From contig NC_068981.1 in the NCBI RefSeq assembly GCF_001194135.2, positions 40,209,633 through 40,273,632 on the forward strand: a DNA stretch of 64,000 nucleotides, written 5' to 3'. Position numbers and translations under genes: made by a program. Origin of the DNA: Octopus bimaculoides. Taxonomy: Eukaryota. Within the stretch, counting starts at the first letter, position 1; every line of letters begins with the position of its first letter. Below, one piece after another: positions 36,386-49,949 of this stretch. Under the pieces are notes generated by a model. The model had not been told where the DNA came from. It saw only the letters and a list, made by a program, of their open reading frames with translations, and did not search any database.

Positions 36386-38079
36386 TTAACAGTAACAATA
36401 TCAAAACTTCTTTTTAGAAAACTAAACCCAATGATTATCCATTAAAAGCATTTCTTAAAATTTCAGGTTTAAGTGAATAGCTTTTACCAAGTAATCTATT
36501 TGCTCACTTTTGCTTTTTTCGTACAATTATAACTACCCGATTTTCTGAGATAAAAAGCTATTTTAAGCAAAGATAAATTTCATTATTTGTATTTGTACAT
36601 ATGAGTATCATCAGGCGTTTTTTGATTACAGTCATTTCCAATTGTAGCTTTTTAAAAAAAAATTTCAGAATAATCCAACAAAAATAATTGTTATAACTCA
36701 ATTATTTTTTTCAATTTTCAAATAATAATTCATTAATTGTACTTGGAGATAACACTTTTCCTCGAACTGAATTATCAACTAGACAGTTGGTGATGGTGGG
36801 AACTTGAAAATATTTTGAACTCTCTCATATGGGCACAGTGTTCTCGTTAACTCAATTCTAATGTTTTATTTCTTGTCATTTTAATGCTCCAAGCGCTGAT
36901 AGTAAACGTATCATGGGAAGTTTTAAATTTCTAATTTACTGTTATAAAACTATATTATTAACACTCACTTATTGTACTAAATCTTGTAAATACATTATTT
37001 AAGAAAACAAATGGAATAAAAACATGATAATTGTTAAGAAATACATTGTCAATTAGAGGTGTTAAAATATATTGGTTTGATCTTTATGTAAAATAATTTT
37101 AAACGGGAATAGAATTTGGATCAGACATTCAGCTTATTGTGAATTAACAATAATCACGGTTTCTAAGGTTGGGTCACAATTTTAAAGAAAGAAAAGAATA
37201 AAACTGTGCCACGTTAATGCATTTCCGATGATGTAAATATACTCAATTAGAATTGATCTGTTATCGACACTTCATTCCTGGGTGAATAACGGTAATTTGT
37301 TTGATGCAGTAGAACGGTGAATACATTCATGGATTAGCAGCAAATTAGAATTAGTAGTATGAGCGATAGTATTCTTACTGTTACAAAACACTTTTGAAGA
37401 ATCTAATGTATAAATAGCAACAATATCAATGCTAACCCATCATGTTAGATGAAAATATAGAAATGCTAACGGTAGAACTGCAACATTGCGAGAGTGCTGA
37501 ATTAAATCGCGACTAGTATTTAGTTTGAGTTCCCTCACAAAGTTCAAATACACCAGCGTCATTTGTTTTTCATTTCATTGGAAGTTATAAATAAGTAAAT
37601 TTATCTGAACTAATTCAATCGACCGATCGGTTGATGTCTCTCTGCTGTAAGCTTGTCCTTGTGCACTATATCTCTCTAAAAATGGTATCTGTCGAATGAA
37701 ATACGAGAGTTGATTATCTACACGGAGCAAAATACTAAAATTCCCCATTTTAGTGAAGGTGAATCCTTGAGTAGTTTGGTCATTTACATTGAATTTAACA
37801 CAACCGATGAAAATTTAGCGATAAGAACATGCAGTGAATATTTTCTCTGAATTAATCAAGAATGTCATGTTAAATGACCAATGGGCAACTTGACCGGCTT
37901 AATATATTTAATGTGACCAGATCGACTTTAGCTCTCCTGAAGAAATATCTTTACACTCGGTTAAGTGGAAAAATTAGCCGATTAGTGATGTTTTAGAATG
38001 ATTTCTAATGCTTAAGTTACTCTTTCCGTGCTTAGAAGGATAAATAAGCAGTAAAAGTGACTTTCCAGAAAATTCTCAC

Positions 38080-38132
38080 CATTTCAGCTTTTAAGAGAGA
38101 AGAAAAATTATGTATTTCTTCAGCATTAGTAT
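38080..38132 (-). CDS. Putative exon: TNAEEIHNFSSLLKAEM
   Basis: Strong acceptor catttcatcatttcttccag; donor ATG|gtgaga; phase 1 to 0. Confidence 0.7.
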
Positions 38133-39164
38133 CTGGAAGAAATGATGAAATGCTTTCCGAAAACAGTTCGTTCGATCGTAGGAAGAAATCGAAGAATAAA
38201 TATAGAAAGTAGTACATCTGACTGAAACCAGAATTGATAGAATAAAATAAAGAATAATTACATTTGATTAATTAAATCTATTGATTTTTTTTTACACTAC
38301 TCATACAAAATTTATCTTTAAAAGCTCTCCCAAAGTATGGATTGTAGCTATTCTGGTTTAAAAGCAACATAACAAAGCAGAGTAGTTTGTGTACTTCTCT
38401 TTACAGAATAGGTCAATGCTGATTAAGATTTAAAAACTTCCACTTGCACTGTTTAGTTATAAAACTGGTAATCACTCTTGAAAATTGATTAAATATATTT
38501 GCATTTAATGTCACTTTGGTAACGCAGATGATAAGAAAATAAAGTCAATAAATGATTTTCATTCTATGGAAAATATCTTAAAACTGATTAGAAGACAGGA
38601 GATTTTTAGAACGGCTATATTTCACACAATTTTTTTTAATTGTTTTTTTTCGCTATAACCATCAATGTGCATTCTTTGTCATTTTCTTTAAAGCAATAAT
38701 TAATTACGCCAATTAGAAACGCATTTTTCTTTCTTTCTTTGTTTACTAACAAACAAAGTCTACGCACTGAAGCTTAACATGCCGGAAAACCTAATTATGT
38801 ATTTTGAAACAAATCTTATGTTAGAGCAATTTTTTTAACACATAACTGAAATGCAGTTTATTTTGACTAAATACATCTCGAAATACGCTATATTTTAAAA
38901 TGAAAATTAAATTTGTTTATACTATTTCTTTAAGGTTATGTAATATAACAATTTCCTAAGACTGCTTTGAAGTGAAATGCACGTCGATAAAAACTTTTTA
39001 AGAACGATCCAGAAGATAGGGCCATAAATTCCAGCTTCAGTCTTGCTATTGTGATGTATCTAGCAAACAATACTGTAATTTGACTTGGTTCTTGGAGCTT
39101 TTATAAGAAAATTATCAAGCGCCATAAAACTGTCTCCAGGAATTATATTCTTCTATGTAATTGC

Positions 39165-39707
39165 TTCGAAACGTAACACCCACAATCACGAGTGCTACGT
39201 TCCAAAACGCCTCGAGATAGGTGAAAATCCGCAAAGTAGAAACAGTACTGTACAATATATCTTTTTTATTATTAGTTTTATAATTTGTATATATTTATTT
39301 TATCATTTTTATATATTTAAGTTTTTATAAACTTTCCCACACTCTTAGGAGTACTCATGTCTCCTCTTTTTTTGCCTCCTGGGTTTCGTTTTCCGTACAG
39401 TATGTGTGATTCTTTGTTTACTCATCTACAGTACATTACGTATTTTCTTTTAATATATTTTAATTAACGTGTTATACAATGCAGTACTGTACTGTATTTT
39501 TATTTTAATTTATTAATTATTAGGCTTGAAAATGCTTATTTTACCGCAGAAATAATTAAAATAAAAAATTATATAATTACCTATCGGCCGCAGAAACCTG
39601 CGATATATTGAGGAGTCCGCGATATAAATTTACATATATTAGCCAGAAAAATCTGCGATGTACTGAGGGTGCGATAGGTGAACCGCGATATGGTGTGTGA
39701 TCACTGT
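39165..39707. mobile_element. Tigger-like MITE, same family as 32174-32395 in opposite orientation
   Basis: ACGTTCCAAAAC..AGGTGAAAATCCGC matches the reverse complement of 32320-32370; right end CGCGATAT..CACTG followed by TA. Confidence 0.7.
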
Positions 39708-39778
39708 ANNNNNNNNNNGGTGTGTGATCACTGTATGTCGACACCCACTGTACGTATTTTAAGTTGAGTCAATCATAT

Positions 39779-39779
<1 letters not shown>

Positions 39780-39838
<59 letters not shown>

Positions 39839-39899
39839 CACAAAGAAAGAAAGAAAGAAAGAAAGATAGACAGATAGATAGATAATTAGATAGATAGAC

Positions 39900-39934
<35 letters not shown>

Positions 39935-39935
39935 C
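39780..39935. repeat. (AAAG)n(ATAG)n microsatellite
   Basis: Direct reading. Confidence 0.95.
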
Positions 39936-40401
39936 ATCTATGTGTGTGTGTATGCCTATTTGCACAGTTACTCCCTTATCTAGTGGGAGACAAGAAAATT
40001 TTCTTCCCTTCAGTGGGTATTAAAGAAAATTTCTTAATAGGGTATGGTCTGTGATACAATGACGTTGTTCGAAAGTCCATTGCAAACCTTAAAAGTCATT
40101 TAATTATTATTTACAATCTCTGAAGCTTTAATATTGTAAACTGCTCATGAGGTTTTCAATATATAACGGACATATAAGATGACGTGACTAAAGAATTTAT
40201 CAACAGATTTTTCTTTGTTTTTCAACATATATATGTATGTAAATGCATAAGAGAGAGAGAGAGAGAGAGANNNNNNNNNNNNNNNNNNNNNNNNNNNNNN
40301 NNNNNNNNNNNNNNNNNNNNNNNNNNNNNNNNNNNNNNNNNNNNNNNNNNNNNNNNNNNNNNNNNNNNNNNNNNNNNNNNNNNNNNNNNNNNNNNNNNNN
40401 N

Positions 40402-40436
<35 letters not shown>

Positions 40437-42075
40437 CGCGCGCGTGTAATAATAATCTTTGTTGCTGTAATACAAGCCACTGGTCACTTCTGAATTATTT
40501 CTCAAAGCACATTTTCATTTTATTTATCTATGAGATAGTGTTTGTGCAGAGATGTAATATTTTAGATTTCCACTGATATAGTCTAGAATCGTTGTTGTCG
40601 CTGTTATTCTTGCATTCAAGTTGAATCTAGCAGAGCACCTTGGAGTAGTCGATGAAACAACTAGATAAGTCTTACGGAATTGTATATCGCTTCAGATATA
40701 CTATAAATACCATGTACTAGATCATATTAAAAACTTAGAGAGGCCAGAGTGTACTGTACAGTATACAGAGTGGCAATACAAACATGTTACTGATAGTCAT
40801 TCTCCTGTCTACTTTAGTGTGACAGTTTTTTTCTATGGACTGACGTAAGTGGAAATAAGCATATGAACTCGATCACTTCTGAATTGTTTCTCAAAGCACA
40901 TTTTCATTTTATTTACCACATGTGATATTTTTGTCTGTAGTCAGGAGTGGCAGTACGCATTCCATGACGGTGCTTCCAACTATTGTTGTTAATTTTGCTG
41001 CTGATGTTGCTGTTAACAACCGAGACTTCCTGAAACATTATTCAATGTCCCAGTTATTCTTTTTTTTCTTTAAGAAGGTAAAATGTTGGCTGCTATTTCG
41101 AGTAAGCCGAGCAACCACAATAGCTTCTTTTTTTTGATTCGTGATGGATAAACTAGTAGTCGAGAAAATAAGGCTGATATTGTTACGTTTTCAAGATTAG
41201 TTATTATACAGCAAATAAAAAGTTTTGGTGATGCTCTTAACAGCTGGCACTCCATTTTATGGTAGCTGAGTGTGTTTGTATTAGCGATATATCCGGATAA
41301 ATGCTAGTTTGTCACCTTTAGTATTATTTGTCATATTGTTTCTGCATCAGTATGTATTGCATGGATTGTAGCCTCAATAAGGATGCTAATGTGTATTAAA
41401 ATAGTAAAGAAACTTAATGAAACTGGTGAGGTTCGTGAGGTTGTTGTTGATATACGTATGTTCATTACATTGATGGCCTGGACACTTTAAAAGAACAGCA
41501 CATTCGAATATATTGCTAATGTTCTGTTATGATTTTTTGTAATGCTTAAATGAGGTTTTTAAATTTTTCATTGCTTGCTCATATGCGTTCTATTTTTGAT
41601 GTCAGTCTCACGATCGAAAGCTTACTTAAAAAGCATATGGAGCCACTACGATCGTAAAATTACTGCAGCGAGTTCTCATGTTCTAAAATATGATAAACAA
41701 CTTTTATATATTATACAAGGTTCAAAGTTATGTTCATTAAACATCTCAGTAACTTCCAATGACTTTCGCCTTTAATCTCTTTGAAATCTCTTGATAATTT
41801 CGAAAAGTGGAAGTAACTACTGTAAACAGGGTTTTCTTAGACAAACGTTATGTTGTTCTGAATCTAATCGAAAGCAAATCACTGTTAACAAAAGAATATT
41901 CTATTAATCAGATGAAGAAATCCCCAAACGGAAATTATCTTTTCAATCAATAAAAATCAACAGCTCAATTTCTTTATCATATAGTCAGTAACATTAACAT
42001 TACTCTGAAAATATTATCGATACTGGAATTACCCAAGTGTATATCTAAACGGAAGCATTAACATATATATGCGTG

Positions 42076-42110
<35 letters not shown>

Positions 42111-43869
42111 CTTAGAACATAGACCAATATGAGGATATATTGATCACTACTGTGATCTAATTAGCAGAAAACTTTTTTAAAGGAGACTCGGTGGCCTAAA
42201 TTGCATTAACATTTATAAACATCATATAGAGCAAAAACACTTTTACATTAACATTTTCCTTTACACATTTCTCTAGATAAAAACTTTGAATTTTTGTTCG
42301 CAACAAATACTTGATCCGTAAAATGTCCCAAAATATAGGATTCCTAAATTTTGCGTTCCTGAAAATCATGTCGTTACCAAATTTCTGTAGCATTCTTAGA
42401 GGATGTAAAACTCGTAATTTTGGTTGTGTTGTATACTCATGCGATCAGCCATCATTGTAGTTCATCACCGCTATGGAATTTTGTCCGCCACTCATTGCAA
42501 AGTCATTAAATGCCTCAGTCTTTTAATGGAGTAAATTACTGAGTAATTAACATGAATTTATTTTTATTATTAATTGTTCCTAATATAGACGTTACAAGTT
42601 TTCACAATCTTGCAGTATATTTGGGGTGTGGAGTTTCTTCACAAGTTTGTAAAACAGCGAGTTCTAAAATCAAACCTAATCTATTTACGATAAATGTTCG
42701 CATTACTGCTCTCACTTCCGACTGTTGGTCTGTTTACAGTCATCTTGAATAAGGGTAATTAACTTAACTTACGGATTAGTAATTAAATCCAACAGTAACA
42801 GTGCTCATATGAGTGTAAAATCCTAGGAAAGTAATGATTTTCATAATTGACAAAAAGTAGTTGCCTTGTGAGTGGAAAAATATAAACCATAAATATACTT
42901 TTGGCACAACATTATAAATAAACAAAAAATGAGCGCAGGAAGAGTGAAGTAGGATGAAGATCTCATAAAGTAAGTAAAAAGACTCAGTTGAATTGTTGCA
43001 CGGACAAATATGGTGAAGGATTGCTGACGAAGAAGAGAATGGATGCTGGCGAGTATGAGATCAATGAAAAGCACTATTGGTACAGGCACAATCAAGATGA
43101 GAGATGAAAAAGAGAACACGTGTGTGCTGACCAATTCGAACAGAATACCTATCGTGAATTTAGTTTTCTAAATTGTTGAAATTTATACATTTCTGTATGG
43201 GTGAATTTAGAAGCCGTATGTTAGTGGCCATACTCTACAATTTCTATAAGTACAGCATTCTAACACGCGCTTCATTTCTTCAAGGAACTTTGATTTATAT
43301 AATGTTAATAGAGGGAAGCACATAGGCGTTCCTTATATCCTGGACATAGCTGTTAATAACGATTTTTACCTTCATTTCAGAATCTTTATAATGAATGACA
43401 AAGCACATGGTCAAGTAATACATGTCTTAGATAGAGGTAATGTATAGGAAATTAACAGTATACGGCTTCAATTAGTTGGAATGTAAACACATTTATAATG
43501 AAATGTCATATTTATTTCCCTTATCGAAAATTTTATTAGCAAAATTGTGAAAAGATATGAAACCCAAGTGAATAAATCACAATTTCATTTAATGCAATAT
43601 AAATTTAATAATGTAAGCGAATAGTCATTTTAGCTCTTTGATGTTCTGTATAGTTAGCCATTCTACTAAAATACGTTTACATATACAACTTCTAATGATA
43701 AATAATGCTATACACAACCCACAGAATTTGTATGCCGCTGCGACGCTTACTTCAGAAATGATCCCTCAACAACATATAATGTTGAAACACTAGCAGTTAC
43801 GCTTCCTTCCAGAAATCTCAGAAAAATTATATACAAAACGTATTCTTTTTTTTTTTGTCGGCCAGACTA

Positions 43870-45085
43870 TTTGATATCCTTATGCATCGCTGGTCACAGT
43901 GCGTTTCCATTCTTGCCTTGTTTGTGCATTTCAATTTCATTTGGGTCTGAATTGTTTGTTTATGTCATCCTCCCACCGTCTCTCGAGTGATCTCTTCCAA
44001 TTTCTTGCATACCACTCAACAACTGTAAAGTTCATCAGCTGTCTATGATGCATGGTCTATATTAACTGTGCTTTGAAGACATCTTTAAGCTAGGCCAACG
44101 TCTTCCGCTCTGCACGAGATTTCAACGTTATCTTGGTATGTATTTACTGTCTGTCGCTAGCAGAAATACTTCTTAACTTTCTCAATTACATCGATTCCCA
44201 ACTCAGTTTGACTTTGTCTTGTGTTTTCGGATTGCATTATTTTGTTTTCAGGCAATTTATTTTGAGGATTATTGCTGATCCAGTTTTCTCAGTATGGTAT
44301 GAAGTTAATCTGAGGTGTATGCAATGCACATGTTGGCATCTGCAAATTGAAAGTGCTTTAGTAGCTCGCCATTGATGTTAATGCTACTTTTCAAGAAAAC
44401 AGTGTCTCTAATAACCATTTTAAAATATGCGTTGAAGATTTTGACACCTTTATTTGACACTCTTCTCTATGCGAATTCTTACAGATGCTAACAGCATAGC
44501 AATATTGGTGGTACATCTAAGTTCGCGTCCCTGAAAAGCTTAATGTATTGAGTCTCGACTCCTTGCCTCTCCAAAGACTTCATCACTGCATTCACCTCGA
44601 CGCTATCGAAGGCCTTTTTGTAATCTAAAAAGGCGACGCAAAACACCAGCTTATACTCTTTCGATCGTTCTAAAAGCTGTCTTACAATGGATATGCGGTC
44701 TGTCGTGCTGTAATTCTTGCAAAACCCTGCTTACTCCTTCGGCTGCTGATCATCAAAATGTTTCTTTAGTCTGGTAACTATGACTATTTTAAACATCTCA
44801 TAGAACGGAGACAAGAAGCATATCAGGTGACATTTTCCAGGGAGTATTTTTTTCCCTCTTTCAAATATCGATAGTAACGTAGAACGAGGATTTTCTATAG
44901 CTACTCTCCTCCATTCCTTTATATTTCCGTTATTATACCATCTTTTGCTGAGGCTTTATCTCTGTTCTTCAACTTTAAAGCATTCTCAATTTCACTGACC
45001 GAACTGGATGGTACTTCTTCCAACAATTGTGACGGTGAAATTAGGGAGATTTTGCTGCTTCTTGAAGCAAGTTCTCTCATTGAAT
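43870..45085 (-). mobile_element. RTE-clade LINE fragment (reverse transcriptase), decayed
   Basis: Minus strand reads QQPKE*AGFCKNYSTTDRISIVRQLLERSKEYKLVFCVAFLDYKKAFDSVE, a typical RTE RT motif. Confidence 0.9.
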
Positions 45086-46801
45086 CGTATTACACTGATG
45101 TAATTTGTGGTGATTATATATATGTCCAAGTTGTCAGTATGAAATAGTTGTTAACGCATGCTTTAGATTTTGAAATTAGCAAAATATCAAATGTTTGAAG
45201 AGGTAGTATGTGGTTAGAGATGAATACGAAATAGTAGAGATTAAATGTAACTTGAGCTTCAAACTTACACTGGCAAAATGGCAGCTACTAAGAAAATAGT
45301 CATTGATAAATACCACAAATTTATTAATCTTTAGCAGCAGTGATATGTTAGTATAAACAAACTTTTATATCAATAATTAGAATATATATTTCCGTACTGC
45401 TTAAGTTGAAAAGTCGCTTCATTACAATCGATAGTCTGGAGATTACTTCACTCAATATTTATTCAACAATGTTATTGTCAAATGCTAATATATCTTACTC
45501 TATGCAGACTCAATGTTATTTTCGATTGTTTAGACATTCATATTTGGCGTCTCCCACGCGAATTTACATCCTTTGTAGAGCTTCTAATAGATTTATCAAA
45601 TTTTGAAGATTAAAAACCTCATTTCCATTTTATTAATGTTCCAAGCCTGTTATGAGTTAACCATATGGTTCACTGCTAGTTGTACGATGAATGGGCTAGA
45701 GCACCAGTTATTAACATGGGTGGCAGCGCTCCCAACGGAACGTTATGAGCTCACAAGTTGGAGGAAACTATCAGGTGAACGATATTGGAGGAATGCTAGG
45801 TGTTTGGAGGGGTTGTGATTTTCCATAAGCATAACATATATAAACCAGTTACAGTACATATATTTTAAGCAGATCACTGTCGAGAGTACAATATTAACAG
45901 AATATTGTGTAAACAGAGATCAGAAACATGATTTTTTCAAGAATGAGGGAAACCATTAAGTTATTCTCCAATCATTTAAAAATATTTTTGTTGTTGTTTA
46001 TTTTTTACCTTCAATGTAGTCAAATGTGTATTCGATTGGTTAACGCCAGTAATAAGGCTGATAGTATTTTATTTAAAATTTTATAAATAATGTTTATTTT
46101 CTAATTTTTTATTTATATGCACTAATAACTTGAACTCATCTTCTTTAACAGCTTCTAGAGAGAAAATAAAAAAGGGACACACGTTGGATGATAAACTGTT
46201 ACGAAATCTGAATAATAAATCAGGTCACTCAGTTAAATTCTGATTGATTTTTTTTTTATGCTAAACATGAAGTGTTCTTTTGTGAAATGCTACCCGGTGA
46301 AAAGAAACAATGAGTTTCAGGTAATGAATTAGATTAGAACAAGATGAATGTACACACGGAGTATCATTTGCACGTATCATGTATTTTGTCTTGTGAAATT
46401 AAACCTAGCAGAGCCTTTTCAATAGTTTGGAATGAGGATCGAACTCACTAGCTTCAGTATAATTTAACAACATGTAAAGATTCATTCACCTCTCCTTTTC
46501 AAACCGACTATGATAATAGATGAAGGCTACTTATTAAATTGTAAACGAGTATGTACCTAGGCGTAAAGATAAGTTTGACGTCCTCCCTAGAGTTGCATCA
46601 AGCGTTTATCAACATGACTGAACTTATCATCGTTCTGCAATACAACATAATTTCTAAATCGAGATCAATCGAAATCGTTATCAATGCCTACTAATCTTTA
46701 TTGGTTGTTTAGTCACAGTGAATAAATATCTATCCATACACTTGTATTAAATAATATATGATACTGCAATCTAGAAACTAACCAAATAAATATTTGTTTA
46801 C

Positions 46802-46888
46802 TTGACTTTCTTCTTTCATAAAAGAAATATTCCAGATCATTCTTTGTGTTGATCAGGACTTCATTATTTCTTTCATTATTTTTGTATC
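46802..46888 (-). CDS. Putative exon: YKNNERNNEVLINTKNDLEYFFYERRKS
   Basis: Acceptor ctcggttttggatttatacag; donor A|gtaaac; phase 1 to 1. Confidence 0.65.
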
Positions 46889-49169
46889 CTGTATAAATCC
46901 AAAACCGAGAGATAGGAAATAGCTTAAGAGAACAAATGTTGTAACAGGAAATTGGAATCATTAGCTATACAAATAGGGGGAAATAAAATGAGTGAGAAAT
47001 AGGGAATTTCAAAACTACGACAATAGCAATTACATCTATCAAATAGATGTTTTACAATAGAGCAAATACAGAATGAATAAGTTTTTAGCTTTTTTTTGTC
47101 AGAAGCTCAGTAAGGATTTCATGTTAGTCATTCTTTGGCAGATAATTCTATCAGATAATATAATTTCTATTTATATTAGTATATCGAAATGAAAACTATA
47201 TATGCTCTTCAATTATTAGTTATTAAATAAGTATAATATAGAAAGAACATGAATGTCGGAGATAATATATATGATGTACATGTGTATATGCAGTCATACG
47301 CATGTGCATATACACGTGAATGCAAGAACACATACATGAATATATATGCACACATACACACATATGAATACGTGCATACATATGAAAATTATGTATATAT
47401 GTACACATATGTTTATGATACATATATACACACATACAACGAACACACACACATAAAACGAACACACACACATATAATTATATACATAATGAATTATATA
47501 ATTAGATGTGTATAGATGTGTTTATATATACATGAACATCATTATAATTATTAGCTTTCCGTATGACTTGTTGGTTCCTTTCCCCCACATATATATATTT
47601 GTATGTATGCACAAATGCGTCTGTGTGTTGAGCTGTAAATGGAAAGTATATTTTACAATGTAACGATTTACTATATTGCAATCAAAAAGAGAACGTAAGT
47701 GTAACTTATAATAGACCTCACACCGTCCTACAATATAATTTGGTTACAAAGGAAAATGATTACCTGCCATCTCTTTAACCTCCTACACCGCTTTCTACCG
47801 AGTCACTCTCTTCATCCCTTTCCCCAACAACAGTAACAGCAAAGGCTATAGCAGTAGGAAAACTACAGTCGTGATAAGAAGTAACAACCTGTGCTATTTA
47901 ATTGTACCACTCAGCGATAACTAATTAAGTAGTAGCAATTTTTCTTTGGAATAAATTGAATTTATCTGCCACGTTTGCAATAATAGATGGATATTGAAAT
48001 GTGAACGTTTCCCATGGAATGTACTACAAAGTCTCATAGATCTGTTCAGATTAGCTTCTGCTCTTTTTATTAAAGATTTCGTGTTGTTCAAGTTAGATGG
48101 AATTAAATGACTTATTAATCGATAAAACAATGATAGATACGGAATATCGAGTCAAAAATCAAACATTATGTCTTGAAAGCATTTAGTACGTGAGGATTTA
48201 CATTTGAAAATCTGTATCTGGAGATAAGGTACTGCAAATGTATAAATTCGGTTCACACTAAACGTGTGATACATGAATAGTTCGTTTGTAATTCGCCTCA
48301 GATCTCTTCTCGAACAACATTATCAACTCTGTTCGCTTCAATTTACCTTGGTTGGAAAATAGATTTATATACCGTTCTCCCTACGGGTAAATATGTTTGC
48401 GATAAATTAGCGTCCTTTCAAGAGAAAATAGGTCCAAGTTTGTTTTATTTGCTTAATGTTATGGAAATGTGGAATGGTTCCGTGAAGAATTGTGAATTGT
48501 TTACAGACAGTAGCCAATTATATGCTTAGTGTTACGGTTTGGTCAGCCACAATTTTTTTGTTTCAGAGAAGATGAAATAGGAAATATGACTTTCATTAAT
48601 AGCCTGAGAGAAATGAAATCTTTTCAATCAGAGATAAAAACTTAGTTACCTGCACTTTAGTAAGTTCGGTTACATTTTTTGTTGATAGATGTATTACTGC
48701 TTGACCGTTCGTATTAGGAAACTCCGTTGACTAAATCTGCCTTAGTACATATGTACATGTAAAGAAAGTACATTTAACAAAGTAAATACTACTTACCAAC
48801 TTTGAGTTATTTGTTATACGTATAGTTATGAGAATATTCTGATACTTAATAACCTTTCGTATTAAGAACCACCATTTACTAAATCTGCCCTAGCGCATAT
48901 GTACAAATATAGAAATGAGCTAAAGAGAAAGTGCACTAACAAGGCAAATATTTCGTAGGCGTAAGATGAAACGTTTTCACAAAGCAGATTTATAACTCAT
49001 GGAATCCACTGAACTTATCAGCCCGGTGGTATAATATCTATTGGAGAAACTTGAACGGCTTTCAAAATACGGACAGGATTTAAATCAATAAAACAATTTA
49101 TGTAACAAATGTCGTTCAGTAAAAGATTGACCCACAATGAATTCGATGACGCGATAGAGTTTAGCTCAC

Positions 49170-49207
49170 CTTCTAATATCATTTCATTTTGTGAAGTCGC
49201 TAACACC
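49170..49207 (-). CDS. Putative exon: VLATSQNEMILE
   Basis: Acceptor aatttaccag; donor AAG|gtgagc; only one open frame; phase 2 to 1. Confidence 0.6.
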
Positions 49208-49461
49208 CTGGTAAATTTACCAGGGTAGATTTATATATATTAGAAATCATAAGTTCGCCTTCATACAACATACAGGAGATTTCTGGGCTTTTTAGGTTGT
49301 TTTTTTTTTATACAATAGTATATGTAGAGACGAAATTTTACAAAGGAGGACACATGTAGATTATCCATTTCTTAGTTTATTGTTGCTCTTTATTTATTTT
49401 ACTTTGTCATCAGTATTATAAAAGTTTATACAGTTCTATATTTAAGAGGTGAGGAATTATG

Positions 49462-49820
49462 TACATTAATTACATTATTTACATTTGACGGATATTTATC
49501 CTTATTTTGTTTGTTGTTAACACAACGTTTCGGCTAGCCTTCATCGGGTGTCTTGGGGAAATTTCAAACCTGGGTGGTTAAGAGCGCGGGCTACTAACCC
49601 CAAGATTCCGAGTTTGATTCCAAGCAGTGACCTGAATAATAATAATAATAATAATGATAATAATAATAATAATAACAATAATATCTTAGGAATGAGAACC
49701 CAGGTTCGAAATTTCCCCAAGACACCTGATGAAGGCTGGAGGGTATATCAGCCGAAACGTGTTAACAGCAAACAAGACGAGGACAAATATCCGTTAAATG
49801 TAAATAATGTAAATAATGTA
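49462..49820 (+). mobile_element. tRNA-headed non-autonomous element with a hammerhead-bearing 3' part and an inverted copy of that part on its left
   Basis: A box TGGTTAAG at 49575 and B-box-like GAGTTTGATTCC at 49610, then (AAT)n. 49699-49820 is the approximate reverse complement of 49462-49573. Confidence 0.75.
49721..49763 (+). ncRNA. Minimal type I hammerhead ribozyme motif (Penelope type), probably defective copy
   Basis: GACAC-CTGATGA-A-GGCTG(loop)CAGCC-GAAAC-GTGTT. The mirror copy at 49519-49552 (minus) keeps GAAACGTT-GTGTT. Confidence 0.65.
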
Positions 49821-49949
49821 TAAAAGTTTAGTTCGAATCAAAAGAAACAATATAATCACCAGAAAATATAAGGGTGTTTTCTTACGTCATACAGTATGCA
49901 TGGGAAAACTTTTGGTAAATTGACAAAAGATTTCAACTAACTCTGCTAA

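Noticed and set aside
39690-39735. 17-bp duplication GGTGTGTGATCACTGTA
   Set aside because: It flanks a short N gap and is probably an assembly overlap.
41620-41676. Exon-like segment with good acceptor and gtaagc donor
   Set aside because: Stop codons in all three frames.
47921-48130. TPR-like words NTKSLIKRAEANL
   Set aside because: No credible splice sites and not needed in the exon chain.
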